Shown in pieces: positions 10,754 through 19,809 of a stretch of 64,000 bases of DNA; positions within the stretch are counted from its first letter, which is position 1; every line of letters begins with the position of its first letter. The stretch spans positions 4,384,001 to 4,448,000 of the forward strand of contig CBDCJH010000002.1 of NCBI GenBank assembly GCA_965217775.1, given 5' to 3'. Below the pieces are notes generated by a model. The model saw only the letters and a list, made by a program, of their open reading frames with translations. It was not told the origin of the DNA and did not search any database. This DNA is from Acidobacteriota bacterium (lineage in GTDB: Bacteria; Acidobacteriota; UBA6911; RPQK01; JAJDTT01). The position numbers were made by a program, and so were the translations under genes.

Positions 10754-11212
10754 ATGAAAACCCGCGTGCCATTTGATGAAGACTATGTGAGGTTGGTCGG
10801 AACAGCCGTATATCTCTTTGCGTATTATGAGTGGGCGATCATATACATCGTGGATCGATTGGAACCGGGATTTGTAAACGAGTATTGCCGCAACAAACCT
10901 ATGATGTCGGGGCAAGTTTGTCAGCGGCTGAAGAAGGCAGTGGCAAGTTACAGAGGAAATCAAGGTGTAACAAAGGCGGACATTGAATGCTGCTCCGACG
11001 AGTTCGCTAACCTAATCCAAAAACGCAATGCACTCATTCACGCACATCCGATTACTGATGTCGACGGAGCGCAGATTTTGAACTATCAGAGTATGCCGAC
11101 ACGACCGATCGCTGACATGAAATGGGATGCAGTTGATATTGAGAATTTCGTCGAAGAAGTCGATTCCGCTGCCTGTCGGGCCAATGAACTTCTACATAGT
11201 ATCGTCCCGTAG
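10754..11212 (+). CDS. Hypothetical protein with HEPN-like RNxxxH motif
   Basis: 152-aa ORF, lower GC, KRNALIHAHP. Confidence 0.6.
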   Translation: MKTRVPFDEDYVRLVGTAVYLFAYYEWAIIYIVDRLEPGFVNEYCRNKPMMSGQVCQRLKKAVASYRGNQGVTKADIECCSDEFANLIQKRNALIHAHPITDVDGAQILNYQSMPTRPIADMKWDAVDIENFVEEVDSAACRANELLHSIVP

Positions 11213-11312
11213 ATAGGCCGCCAAGCAGCAAAAAGGAGATCTACATAATCAGGGCGGCGATTAGCCAAGGCAGGGAGTAAAGAAGGTAACTGTCCCCTTC
11301 TCTTCCGCACGC

Positions 11313-12233
11313 CAGGCAATCAGCTCGTGCACGACGTTGCCGTAAATGTCGGTCAGGCGGAAGTCGCGGCTATTGTGGCGGAAGGTGAGCCGCGTGTGAT
11401 CCAGGCCCAGGAGGTGGAGGATGGTGACGTGGAGATCGTGACGCGAGACGCGGTCCTTGATGGCGTGCATGCCGAGTTCGTCGGTCGCGCCGCGCGTGAT
11501 CCCCGGCTTGACGCCGCCGCCCGCCATCCACATTGAGAAACCGTAGTGGTGATGGCCGCGACCGAGGGATTCCTCCTTGCGCGCCTCCTCAAACGGCGTG
11601 CGACCGAACTCAGTGGCCCAGACGACGAGGGTCTCGTCCAGCAGACCGCGTGACTTCAGGTCCATGATGAGGGCCGTGATGCCCTGATCGGTGCGCGCCG
11701 CATTCGTGCGGTGGTTCTTGATGAGCCCGCTGCGGTTGCCGTGGGCGTCCCATTGCCGCCCGTGGGCGCCGTCGAGAATCTCCACGAAACGGACGCCGCT
11801 CTCCACCAGCCGTCTCGCCAGCAGGCACTTTCTCCCGAAGTCGGTGTCGCCGTAAAGCGCCTTCACCGAGTCCGGCTCGTTGCGGATATCGAAGAACTCC
11901 GGCGCTTCCATCTGCATTCAAAACGCCGTCTCGAATGCAGCGAAGCGCGCGTCGAACTCGGGCTGTGTACGATGCATGTCGCGATGGAGGCGATTCAACT
12001 TTCGCACCAGATCCAACTGCCGGCGACGCTGCTCTGGGCTCAGAAACGCCGGTGCCTTGATATGCGGCACCGGTGGATTCCCGGGCTTGACGTCCGCCAG
12101 CGTGGCCTGATGGTAACCAGGGAGGAATCCGGCATCATGAAGCGCGTGCCCGCCGTCCGGCCGTCCGACCGTCCATCATCACCACGAATCCCGGCATGTT
12201 CCGGTTCTCCGTCCCCAGCCCGTAGTCACCCAC
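11313..12233 (-). pseudogene. DUF1501 protein, 5'-truncated and disrupted
   Basis: Closely similar to the C-terminal part of 19810-21282 and 23295-24776. Homology ends at the inverted palindrome at 12234. Confidence 0.85.
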
Positions 12234-12271
12234 GAGAAGGGGACAGTCACGTTCTCGCACAGGAATTGTCT

Positions 12272-12991
12272 CTACCGGGCTGAATGGATCCCACTTCCGG
12301 TTCCTTGACGATAGGTCCGCGCAAAATTGTGGTCCGAGAGCCATTTCCGAAATGAAGAATTGTCGCTGTACTGCTTGAAGAGCTCGGTGTGGTCGGAAAG
12401 CAGGTCGATCACGGCTCGTTCGAGAGCCTTGTCGTGCTCGATCCGGGCATTCTGCCTGTCAGAGTTCTTCATCGCGTTCTGATAAGCCTTGTCGTCGGCG
12501 ACCTTTTTCGGCAACTCCTCGGCGATGACCTTGCCGATCTTGTCCTCGTCCTTCCACTCGATGTCACCGAACAGATCGTTGAAGATCTTAAGGATGGAGC
12601 TTAGGTAGTCGACCTCCGGCTCCGGTTTTCCTCCGCCGCCGTTTGTGGGCACGGGTCCGATCTCACCGTCCTCGTCGGGCACGACGATCGACCGTTTTGC
12701 CCGCACTTCGGCTCGATAACTGTCCATGTCGATGTTCTCGAGAATCCCCTTGGACAGATCTTGTTCCTCCGGCGCCGGCAGCTTGGGGGTCAAGAAGGTC
12801 AGAAAGATGGACAGCCGCTCCCACTCCGCATTCGTGTACGGCAGGATCAGGGAGAGGAACCCATAAGCCCGTGTGAACGCCTTCGCCTTGCCCTTGAAAT
12901 CTACTTGGCCGTCCTCGTCGAGGTCGGATCTGTAATTCACGACACATCTATCCAGGATCGGATCGAGCTTGTTTCGGTCTGCTCCCGTCAC
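12272..12991 (-). pseudogene. hsdR: Type I restriction enzyme R subunit, C-terminal fragment
   Basis: FKGKAKAFTRAYGFL...NIDMDSYR...NARIEHDKAL...SFRKWL. The 5' part is removed at the IS1380 end. Confidence 0.8.
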
Positions 12992-12997
12992 GTAAAG

Positions 12998-14981
12998 CCC
13001 AGATTATTCATGGGACATGTTGATAAGGGCTTCCGACCCGGCGTTTTCGTGCGGTCGGAGCCCGGTTTCTCTTGAAGCTCTGTCGATTCGACTGAATCGG
13101 CTCGAAAACAGGACGATTGAACCAGTCATAAACCGTTTACCGGCCAGAGGGACCGTCACCCGCCGACAGGTTGACTTTCCGGTGAGAAATTCCCACCGTT
13201 TCGGTCCCTTCCACGGGCCCGATTCCTCCTCCGTCCCCTATCCCGGCGCCCAGGACACCCGCGCCAGTCTCTGCCACAACCGCTTCCAGTCCGTCGCCCC
13301 TTGACTGATGACGAAAATCAATCGCCTCCACTGACGCAGCGCCCGAGATGCCACTCGCAACACCCGCTCGCGAAAACGACGCAGACTCCAGCCCCGACGC
13401 GTCGCCTGCTCCATCAGCACCCGACCCAGGTGCAGGATCTCGTACCCCAGCAGATTCAGCAGGAACAAGACTTCGTTGTGGGGGCGAACCCCGGCCTCCG
13501 TCGTCGCTTCCGGCTTGGCTCCCGGCTTCAGCGGTTTGTCCCGATAGTGCGTCTTGGGCCGGCTCGCGGAGGACAAGGCCGGATCGAGCACGTCCATCAA
13601 CTCCCCCATGTGGCCTTCCGCCTTCCCCCGTTTGCGGTACTGCGCCAGCAACTCCCGAGCCTCGTATCGTTTCCGGCTCAGGCTCGTCAGCAACCAGAAA
13701 TGATCCGGATACAACTCCCCCGGTCGCTCCCGCACCACCAGCACCACCCGGCGCGCCCGATCCCAGCTCTCCGCCTGGTAGGTCAACTCATGGAACCAGA
13801 GCCTCGGCGGTGCATCCGGGGATCGCCCCGCCGGTTGAGTCAAGTCGGGCTTCGCCATCCGGTTCAGGACCTCATTCTTGCGGATTCGAGCGATATAGGG
13901 CACGCCTCTCGACTCCAGCCCCTGCAGCAGCCCCGGCTCCGGGAACCCCGCATCCATCCGCACGATCATCGAGCCGCACAGACGCCCCCGACAGTGGTCC
14001 ACCACCCGGAGCGTCAACTTCAGCGCCTTTTTCCCCAGGTAGCTGGCTCCCGGAAAAATCTCCCCGTCGATCAGGTCCCCCGTTTCGGCACAACTTGCCA
14101 CCAACCCGTGGTACATCCGCTGGCGATAGTATCCGTTCCATTCGCTTCCCGGGGGGTGTCCATGGACCTCCACCGGGAGACCGTCCACGTCCAGGACCAT
14201 CGTCTTTTTCCGTGAGGTCTTTTTCCCCCGTTTTCGCCGCCGGCCTTCGATCATCTCGATCCGACGGCACGCCAGCTCCGTCACCGCCTGGTGCAGGACC
14301 GGCAGGTTCTCCTCCCGGCTGAGCGTGTCCAGCAGTCGGGAAAAGGTCGGCTGTGACGCCAGCCCGTGGCCCTCCTCCAAGGCCGCCGTGCCCCGACGGG
14401 TCTGGCTCGCCACCCGCAAGCTCGGATCCTGACGCAGGCGGTCGGCGTCGGACTGGTCGCGCCAGCCCTGCCCCAACAGCAGGAGTCGAGTCCGCAGCAG
14501 ATCCGCCAGCGGATAGCGGATCGAACTCGGGTGTCGCGGATCGTGCAACCGCTCGGTCAACCAATCGATGAGGCCGCTGCGATCCATCATCTCCCGCTGC
14601 ACCAGGGCTCCCGTATCCGCACTGAGCAACTCGGGGCGGGTCTCGAGGCGGAGGGATCGGTTGAATGAGGGCCGGATCTGCGGTATCGTTTCAGGCATGG
14701 CGTGCTCCGTTTATTGTGGTTGTTTATTAGCACCATAATCATACCACAAATGACGGGCACGCCACCTCTTTCTGCCGCCCTTGGAAGGGACGCAAGCCGT
14801 GGAAATGCTTGGGTTTCGGCCCCACTTGAATCCTGGGGTTAAACCGACGTTGAAAACAAATATAGCGTTTCACCCAGGTCGGGTCCCAGCCGCTTTCTGT
14901 GGGTATCCGGTAACCCTCTGATCCGACTCGACCTGACGGGCACGCTTGCTCATTTTATGTTTGCGTGGTGAATAATCTGGG
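12998..14981 (-). mobile_element. IS1380-family insertion sequence
   Basis: Terminal IRs CCCAGATTATTCA (12998-13010) and TGAATAATCTGGG (14969-14981) around a transposase. No target duplication seen. Confidence 0.85.
13238..14698 (-). CDS. IS1380-family DDE transposase
   Basis: LASQPTFSR, LDVDG, RMDAGF and YRKRGKAE motifs. Confidence 0.9.
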   Translation of the reverse strand: MPETIPQIRPSFNRSLRLETRPELLSADTGALVQREMMDRSGLIDWLTERLHDPRHPSSIRYPLADLLRTRLLLLGQGWRDQSDADRLRQDPSLRVASQTRRGTAALEEGHGLASQPTFSRLLDTLSREENLPVLHQAVTELACRRIEMIEGRRRKRGKKTSRKKTMVLDVDGLPVEVHGHPPGSEWNGYYRQRMYHGLVASCAETGDLIDGEIFPGASYLGKKALKLTLRVVDHCRGRLCGSMIVRMDAGFPEPGLLQGLESRGVPYIARIRKNEVLNRMAKPDLTQPAGRSPDAPPRLWFHELTYQAESWDRARRVVLVVRERPGELYPDHFWLLTSLSRKRYEARELLAQYRKRGKAEGHMGELMDVLDPALSSASRPKTHYRDKPLKPGAKPEATTEAGVRPHNEVLFLLNLLGYEILHLGRVLMEQATRRGWSLRRFRERVLRVASRALRQWRRLIFVISQGATDWKRLWQRLARVSWAPG

Positions 14982-14989
14982 CTCAGGAA

Positions 14990-15056
14990 ATCAGCCGTGT
15001 ATGACATTTCCGTGGACATCGGACAGGCGGAATTCGCGGCTTTGGTGGCGGAAGGG
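14990..15056 (-). pseudogene. Extreme 3' remnant of another DUF1501 gene
   Basis: Minus strand reads FRHQSREFRLSDVHGNVIHG and ends at the palindrome at 15062. Confidence 0.65.
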
Positions 15057-15195
15057 AGCAAAAAAGCGTGACTGTCCTCTTCTCCCGCTCAGACAGTTCC
15101 GCTGGCGATGATGGGAGCCCACGTCTTGTGCACAGATTGGGTGGCAACCAAAACGGATCATTTCCACGGGTATCGATCAACGGATGCAACCACGG

Positions 15196-15645
15196 CTATT
15201 GACGACGCAAGATCCAGTGCCAGGTTCGAGTGAGATAGCGGCGCATCGACGTCACAATTGGGAGCCATTTCGCCGCAAAGTTTCCCGTCTCGGCGTCGGT
15301 ATTGGTGCTGAAGTACTGTTCGCGTTCCCACTCGCGTGCTCTTCTGGTCTTCAGGATCTCGTGCCTGGACAACTTTCTGGCCCATTGGATTTTGTTGTTG
15401 ATGATCCAGTAGTGAGATTGGCAGTTCTCACTCCAATTCCCAATGGACGGTGACAAGCTGACCGAAACGCCGTCGCATGTAAGCGTCCAACCTGTGGGAT
15501 GTAACGGGGTGTTGATCCCATTTCCGCAGCCACACGCACACAGGTGCTTGACGGCACGGTATCGACAACAGACATAAAGCTTGCCGGAGTCTAACGCTCG
15601 CGGGATCTCGTCTACAAATTCCGGTGTGACTTGTCGTATCTTCAC
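15196..15645 (-). CDS. DUF6527-family putative Zn-binding protein
   Basis: HLCACGCG...SLSPSIGNWSENCQSHYWI. Overlaps the ThiF gene stop. Confidence 0.75.
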   Translation of the reverse strand: MKIRQVTPEFVDEIPRALDSGKLYVCCRYRAVKHLCACGCGNGINTPLHPTGWTLTCDGVSVSLSPSIGNWSENCQSHYWIINNKIQWARKLSRHEILKTRRAREWEREQYFSTNTDAETGNFAAKWLPIVTSMRRYLTRTWHWILRRQ

Positions 15646-16835
15646 GAGGGTTGGCCCAAGCAGTAGGAGTTGATGAGCCTGTTGCCATCAATGACGTACT
15701 CGCTGTTGAACTCCCGTGTCAGGTCGTTGTAGAAGCCCCTCGCTTTCTTCCACTTGATAACAGCGAGCGCGGCGTTCAGAGCATTCAGCTCGGCAAGCTG
15801 GGCGTTCCGCTCGTACTCGCCAGGCACGTCGTCCCCAGCAAAGTCGATGCAGGTATCGGCGTGCTTGTAGTTTTCCGAGCAGCACGTAGTCGTCCGGATG
15901 ACGCCTGCGATCGAATCGTTTATGCGATAAAGCCCCATACCTACGTCGATGAGCAAGGTGTTGTGGGCCATGCAGATTTCAAGGATCTGAGCCTTGATGG
16001 GATGTCCATCCATACAAAGAAACACCGTGTCAAATACGCCTAATTGCTGGACGTTGGTCTCGTCGATGCATGTGTTGTGCGCGATGAGCGCCTTGCGCAT
16101 GCGCGAGTATCTTTCGGCATGAAATGCCGACTTGATCGGTCCTCCGTCGAGTTCGTCGCGGGAGAAGGGGCCGGGCGACCGAAATGCGTTATGTTGGAGA
16201 AATCGGTCATCGTCGAAAAGATGGATTTCCCGTGCCCATGTCTTTGCGACGAGGTCGAGAACATAGGAGCCGGTACCGCCGACACCGACGATGGCAATTT
16301 GCTCGTTCTGGAGCTTTCGGGCGAGATCGGTGGTGTTCTGTCGAGCGGATGCAGTGTCCGCAAAATGAAAAACGCTGTCGTCGTCTTGGTCGGCCAAGAC
16401 TCTCCACTGTTGGGCTGTCGAATCCAGGGCGATGCAACGAGCCTCACGGCTAAGTATCTCCACATAAGTGATCACCTTGTGGTGATAGTCCCTGTACCCG
16501 CCGTGAGGTTTAGCCGAGAGCTGGTAAGTGGGCGAAATCAATTCAGAGAGGGAACTCTTTTTTGCATTTTCGTGGATCAATGCCAAGAGCTTGTTTCCGG
16601 TGGCTTCGTAAGGAAACTCGCCGGTCCAGTGGGCGACGTGGGTGTTTGGTTGGACCGTGCGGTCTCCACTCAAGGTCAGTTCCATAACTAACGTGGCCTG
16701 TCGGACTTCGCCTTGAGCCGTTACATACGGAACGTTCTCGATAACGAGATACCCGGCGTCAACGATGCGAAGCGTGTACCCCTCTTCCTCGAGCCTTCGA
16801 AGATCCGCATTACGAGCGATCAGTGCGTGTGACAT
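15642..16835 (-). CDS. ThiF/E1-like adenylyltransferase with N-terminal DUF6791-like domain
   Basis: IAIVGVGGTGSYVLD, LFDDDRFLQHNAFR, ELNALNAALAV. Confidence 0.85.
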   Translation of the reverse strand: MSHALIARNADLRRLEEEGYTLRIVDAGYLVIENVPYVTAQGEVRQATLVMELTLSGDRTVQPNTHVAHWTGEFPYEATGNKLLALIHENAKKSSLSELISPTYQLSAKPHGGYRDYHHKVITYVEILSREARCIALDSTAQQWRVLADQDDDSVFHFADTASARQNTTDLARKLQNEQIAIVGVGGTGSYVLDLVAKTWAREIHLFDDDRFLQHNAFRSPGPFSRDELDGGPIKSAFHAERYSRMRKALIAHNTCIDETNVQQLGVFDTVFLCMDGHPIKAQILEICMAHNTLLIDVGMGLYRINDSIAGVIRTTTCCSENYKHADTCIDFAGDDVPGEYERNAQLAELNALNAALAVIKWKKARGFYNDLTREFNSEYVIDGNRLINSYCLGQPS

Positions 16836-17067
16836 TGAACACGGTCCCGTCTTTGACTTTTGCTTCTTGGCCTTCGGTCAGCTTGCCTTCCGGAGGCCGA
16901 CCGGCACTGTCGTAAAAGTCCACCGTATAAGTAATAAGTGGACCTCGACCGCCATCGGGATAAGCGATATCGACGACTTGATCGAAAGAGACCTCGTCGT
17001 TGGGGACGGAATAGTATGTGCCGTTGACGATGATGTTGAAGTCTTTGTCGGTGCCAGGTCTGGTCAT
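16810..17067 (-). CDS. Multi-ubiquitin-domain (beta-grasp) protein
   Basis: IIVNG...VSFDQVV...GQEAKVKDGTVFNVTRTDRS. GGAG RBS, overlaps the E1 gene. Confidence 0.8.
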   Translation of the reverse strand: MTRPGTDKDFNIIVNGTYYSVPNDEVSFDQVVDIAYPDGGRGPLITYTVDFYDSAGRPPEGKLTEGQEAKVKDGTVFNVTRTDRS

Positions 17068-17294
17068 TGGAAATCCTCCTTAGAATCGTCTTCTCAAAAC
17101 CCCCGATCCATTGTTCGGATGATGTTTCCTCGGATCAATTTTGATGCGTAAACCCCCAAGGTTCCCGCTCATGTATCCATTATACAGCTAAAAAATAGCT
17201 AGTCAAGAGCTATAGAAAATATTTTTTCTGTTTGACAGGAAGCCACAAATACCTTATAATCTGTACAATGTCGAGGCGATCTATGGGGGAGGGA

Positions 17295-17516
17295 ATGATG
17301 GGTGCTAGGAGTAGGAAGACGATGACACTCAACCTCACAGTAGCAGAGATGGAGACGCTGGAGGCGTTGAGCGAGAAGAAGGACTTGAGCAAGACGGCCC
17401 TTCTACGTCAGGCGTTGCGTATCTATCAAGTGATCGAGGCAAGGCTTGAGAGTGGCGACAAACTGTTTTTCGAGGATGAGAAGAACAAGCAAAAGGTCGA
17501 GGTCATGATGCTATGA
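17295..17516 (+). CDS. Ribbon-helix-helix (CopG-like) regulator or antitoxin
   Basis: TMTLNL...LEALSEKKDLSKTALLRQALRIY. Confidence 0.7.
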   Translation: MMGARSRKTMTLNLTVAEMETLEALSEKKDLSKTALLRQALRIYQVIEARLESGDKLFFEDEKNKQKVEVMML

Positions 17517-18145
17517 CAGCAGGGGTTTCGGAAGTCCACCTCTTCAACGTGGCGCGCAGCGAACAGGAAACAGCCGAGCTGTGGGACGCCATCACGGAAG
17601 AGCAGCTCGCTGATTGGGAGGCCGAGTGGAGGCCTGCGTTGTTCGACTCGATACGGCGCCTCAAGATCGCGGGGATTGAGCGTCGACAGTGGCCGCAGAG
17701 CCGCCACTGGGATTGGAGCAGAAAGGTTGAGGCGCAAGGGGGGATGTTGGCCAATCCTGGCTTCAGCATTGTCTGCGACGGCCTGACACAAGGCATGATG
17801 ATCGTTGACACGGCGAAGCACCGATGCCGGATCGATGGACAGAAAGGCAAGCATCTGGTGTACGTAGAGTTCGTCGAGAACGCCCCTTGGAACCGCGCGG
17901 AGTTGTTCACTCCTCCGCGATACCGAGGCGTCGGTAGCATTCTGATCAGGGCTGCCGTCGCGCTGAGCGAAGAGTTGGAGTTTCACGGACGAATCGGTCT
18001 CCACTCGCTGCCCCAGGCGAATAGATTCTATGCTGATACCTGCGGCATGACGGATCTTGGGACTGATCGCGACCGTCAGGGTCTGCGCTACTTCGAGATG
18101 ACGCCCGAACAGGCGCAGGCCTTCGTCAAGAAAGGGAGGAGGTAG
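17513..18145 (+). CDS. GNAT-family N-acetyltransferase
   Basis: YVEFVENAPWN, RYRGVGSIL, GLHSLPQANRFY. Confidence 0.75.
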   Translation: MTAGVSEVHLFNVARSEQETAELWDAITEEQLADWEAEWRPALFDSIRRLKIAGIERRQWPQSRHWDWSRKVEAQGGMLANPGFSIVCDGLTQGMMIVDTAKHRCRIDGQKGKHLVYVEFVENAPWNRAELFTPPRYRGVGSILIRAAVALSEELEFHGRIGLHSLPQANRFYADTCGMTDLGTDRDRQGLRYFEMTPEQAQAFVKKGRR

Positions 18146-18147
18146 CT

Positions 18148-18633
18148 ATGAAGTTGAGAATCAGCAAGGAGTGGTGCATGCGCATGGCCCAGCTTGAGGG
18201 TGACGCCGAAATTGGCGCCGGTCGCCTGGCGATCAATCCGGTGTTGGACGGTGATGCTACCCCAGTTGTCGACAGAGACGACGAAGAACCGAACATCGTC
18301 TTCGGCCGTTTAATCAATCTTATGCGCCGACACCGGCGGGTCAGCCTTGAGCAGCTTGCCAAGGACGCGGACGTGACCGTGACGGAACTAGTCGAGATTG
18401 AAAGCGACATGCGCTATAAGGCTTCGTTGCGCACAACCTACCAACTTGCCAACTACTTCAATATGCCTCGGTCCGGTTTCATGCAAGTGGCCGGATTGAC
18501 CGCACGGAAGAATGCACGGCTGTCCGACGAGGCAGTTCGCTTTGCCGCACGTGCGGAGCCAACAGCAGAACTGACGCTGGAAGAGAACGCGGCTTTGGAA
18601 GCGTTCGTTGCCGTTCTCAGCAAGCAGAAATAA
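18148..18633 (+). CDS. XRE-family HTH regulator
   Basis: FGRLINLMRRHRRVSLEQLAKDADVTVTELVEIE. Confidence 0.8.
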   Translation: MKLRISKEWCMRMAQLEGDAEIGAGRLAINPVLDGDATPVVDRDDEEPNIVFGRLINLMRRHRRVSLEQLAKDADVTVTELVEIESDMRYKASLRTTYQLANYFNMPRSGFMQVAGLTARKNARLSDEAVRFAARAEPTAELTLEENAALEAFVAVLSKQK

Positions 18634-18650
18634 CGAAATGGAAATCTGTT

Positions 18651-19586
18651 TTGACCAGAAATTTCATAATTGCCGCCAAGACAACCAACGACATTGACAG
18701 GCGCATCGAGCGTGTTCTGCGGGGGCTCGACTATCCCGACCCACCGCTCTGTCTGGAGGATGTGCGCGAGTTATTGCAGCTTGATCGTAAATTCTACACT
18801 GCGGAAAACCCAAGCGTCGTAAAGGAGGTCATCAGTCGAATGCGTGTTGCCGGAATCCAAGTGTACAAAAGGCCGACGTTGCTCATTGATGCGATCAAGA
18901 AGTCTTCGCTCAGAGCTCTATATCTTCCGGACCGCAAGCGAATTCTGCTGGACAAGACGTTGCCTAAACTTAAGCACCGCTGGAACGAGGCACACGAAAT
19001 CGGGCACAGCATAATCCCATGGCATCATGACATCATGCTCGGGGACAACCGTCTCACGCTCTCCCAAGATTGCCAAGAGCAGGTAGAGGCCGAAGCCAAT
19101 CTCGCGGCCGGCAGGCTGCTTTTTCTCGGTGACCGCTTCAGCGAGGAAGCCGAATCTCTAGAACCCACAATCGCGACCATACGAGAATTAAAAAAGACGT
19201 TTGGAAACACCCTTTCTACAACGCTTTACAGGTTCGTCGAGTCTGTCGGCGACAATCTTCCCGTCGCAGGTATGATCACGCGCCATCCGCACCCGTCGCG
19301 AAGAGCGGACAACTTCGATCCCTTGGATCCATGTCGACATTTCATTCGATCAGCAGCTTTCGAGCGAAATTTTAGGACAATATCTGAAGCAGTACTGTTT
19401 GCTGAGGTAGCTGGATATTGCGGCGCTCAACGTGGTGGGCCTTTGGGTGAAGACGAGGTTGTGCTTACAGACGATAACGGAAACCGCCACTGCTTCTACT
19501 TCGAGACGTTCTTTAATCGATACGACGCTCTGACGCTGGGTCGATATCTTCACCCTGTGTACCTTAGCACGCCAATATCGACGTAG
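18651..19586 (+). CDS. ImmA/IrrE-family metallo-endopeptidase
   Basis: RWNEAHEIGH (HExxH) and EAEANLAA. Confidence 0.85.
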   Translation: MTRNFIIAAKTTNDIDRRIERVLRGLDYPDPPLCLEDVRELLQLDRKFYTAENPSVVKEVISRMRVAGIQVYKRPTLLIDAIKKSSLRALYLPDRKRILLDKTLPKLKHRWNEAHEIGHSIIPWHHDIMLGDNRLTLSQDCQEQVEAEANLAAGRLLFLGDRFSEEAESLEPTIATIRELKKTFGNTLSTTLYRFVESVGDNLPVAGMITRHPHPSRRADNFDPLDPCRHFIRSAAFERNFRTISEAVLFAEVAGYCGAQRGGPLGEDEVVLTDDNGNRHCFYFETFFNRYDALTLGRYLHPVYLSTPIST

Positions 19587-19809
19587 ATTCGGCGCGCTTA
19601 CGTATTGTCGCAGCGAGAGACGCCAAAGGGAGGCACTCCAAATCGTGGCTGCGAAAGAGGGTTTCAGCTGCTCCAATCATCAGGGCGGAGAATGGTCCGT
19701 ATTCACACTTGTACTCCTGCGTTCAGGAGTTGCCCGAAAGACGCAAGGCACTGGCGGCGAAAAAGGGCGATGGAGTAAAGGAGGTAACGGGGCCCCTTCT
19801 CCCTGGCTA

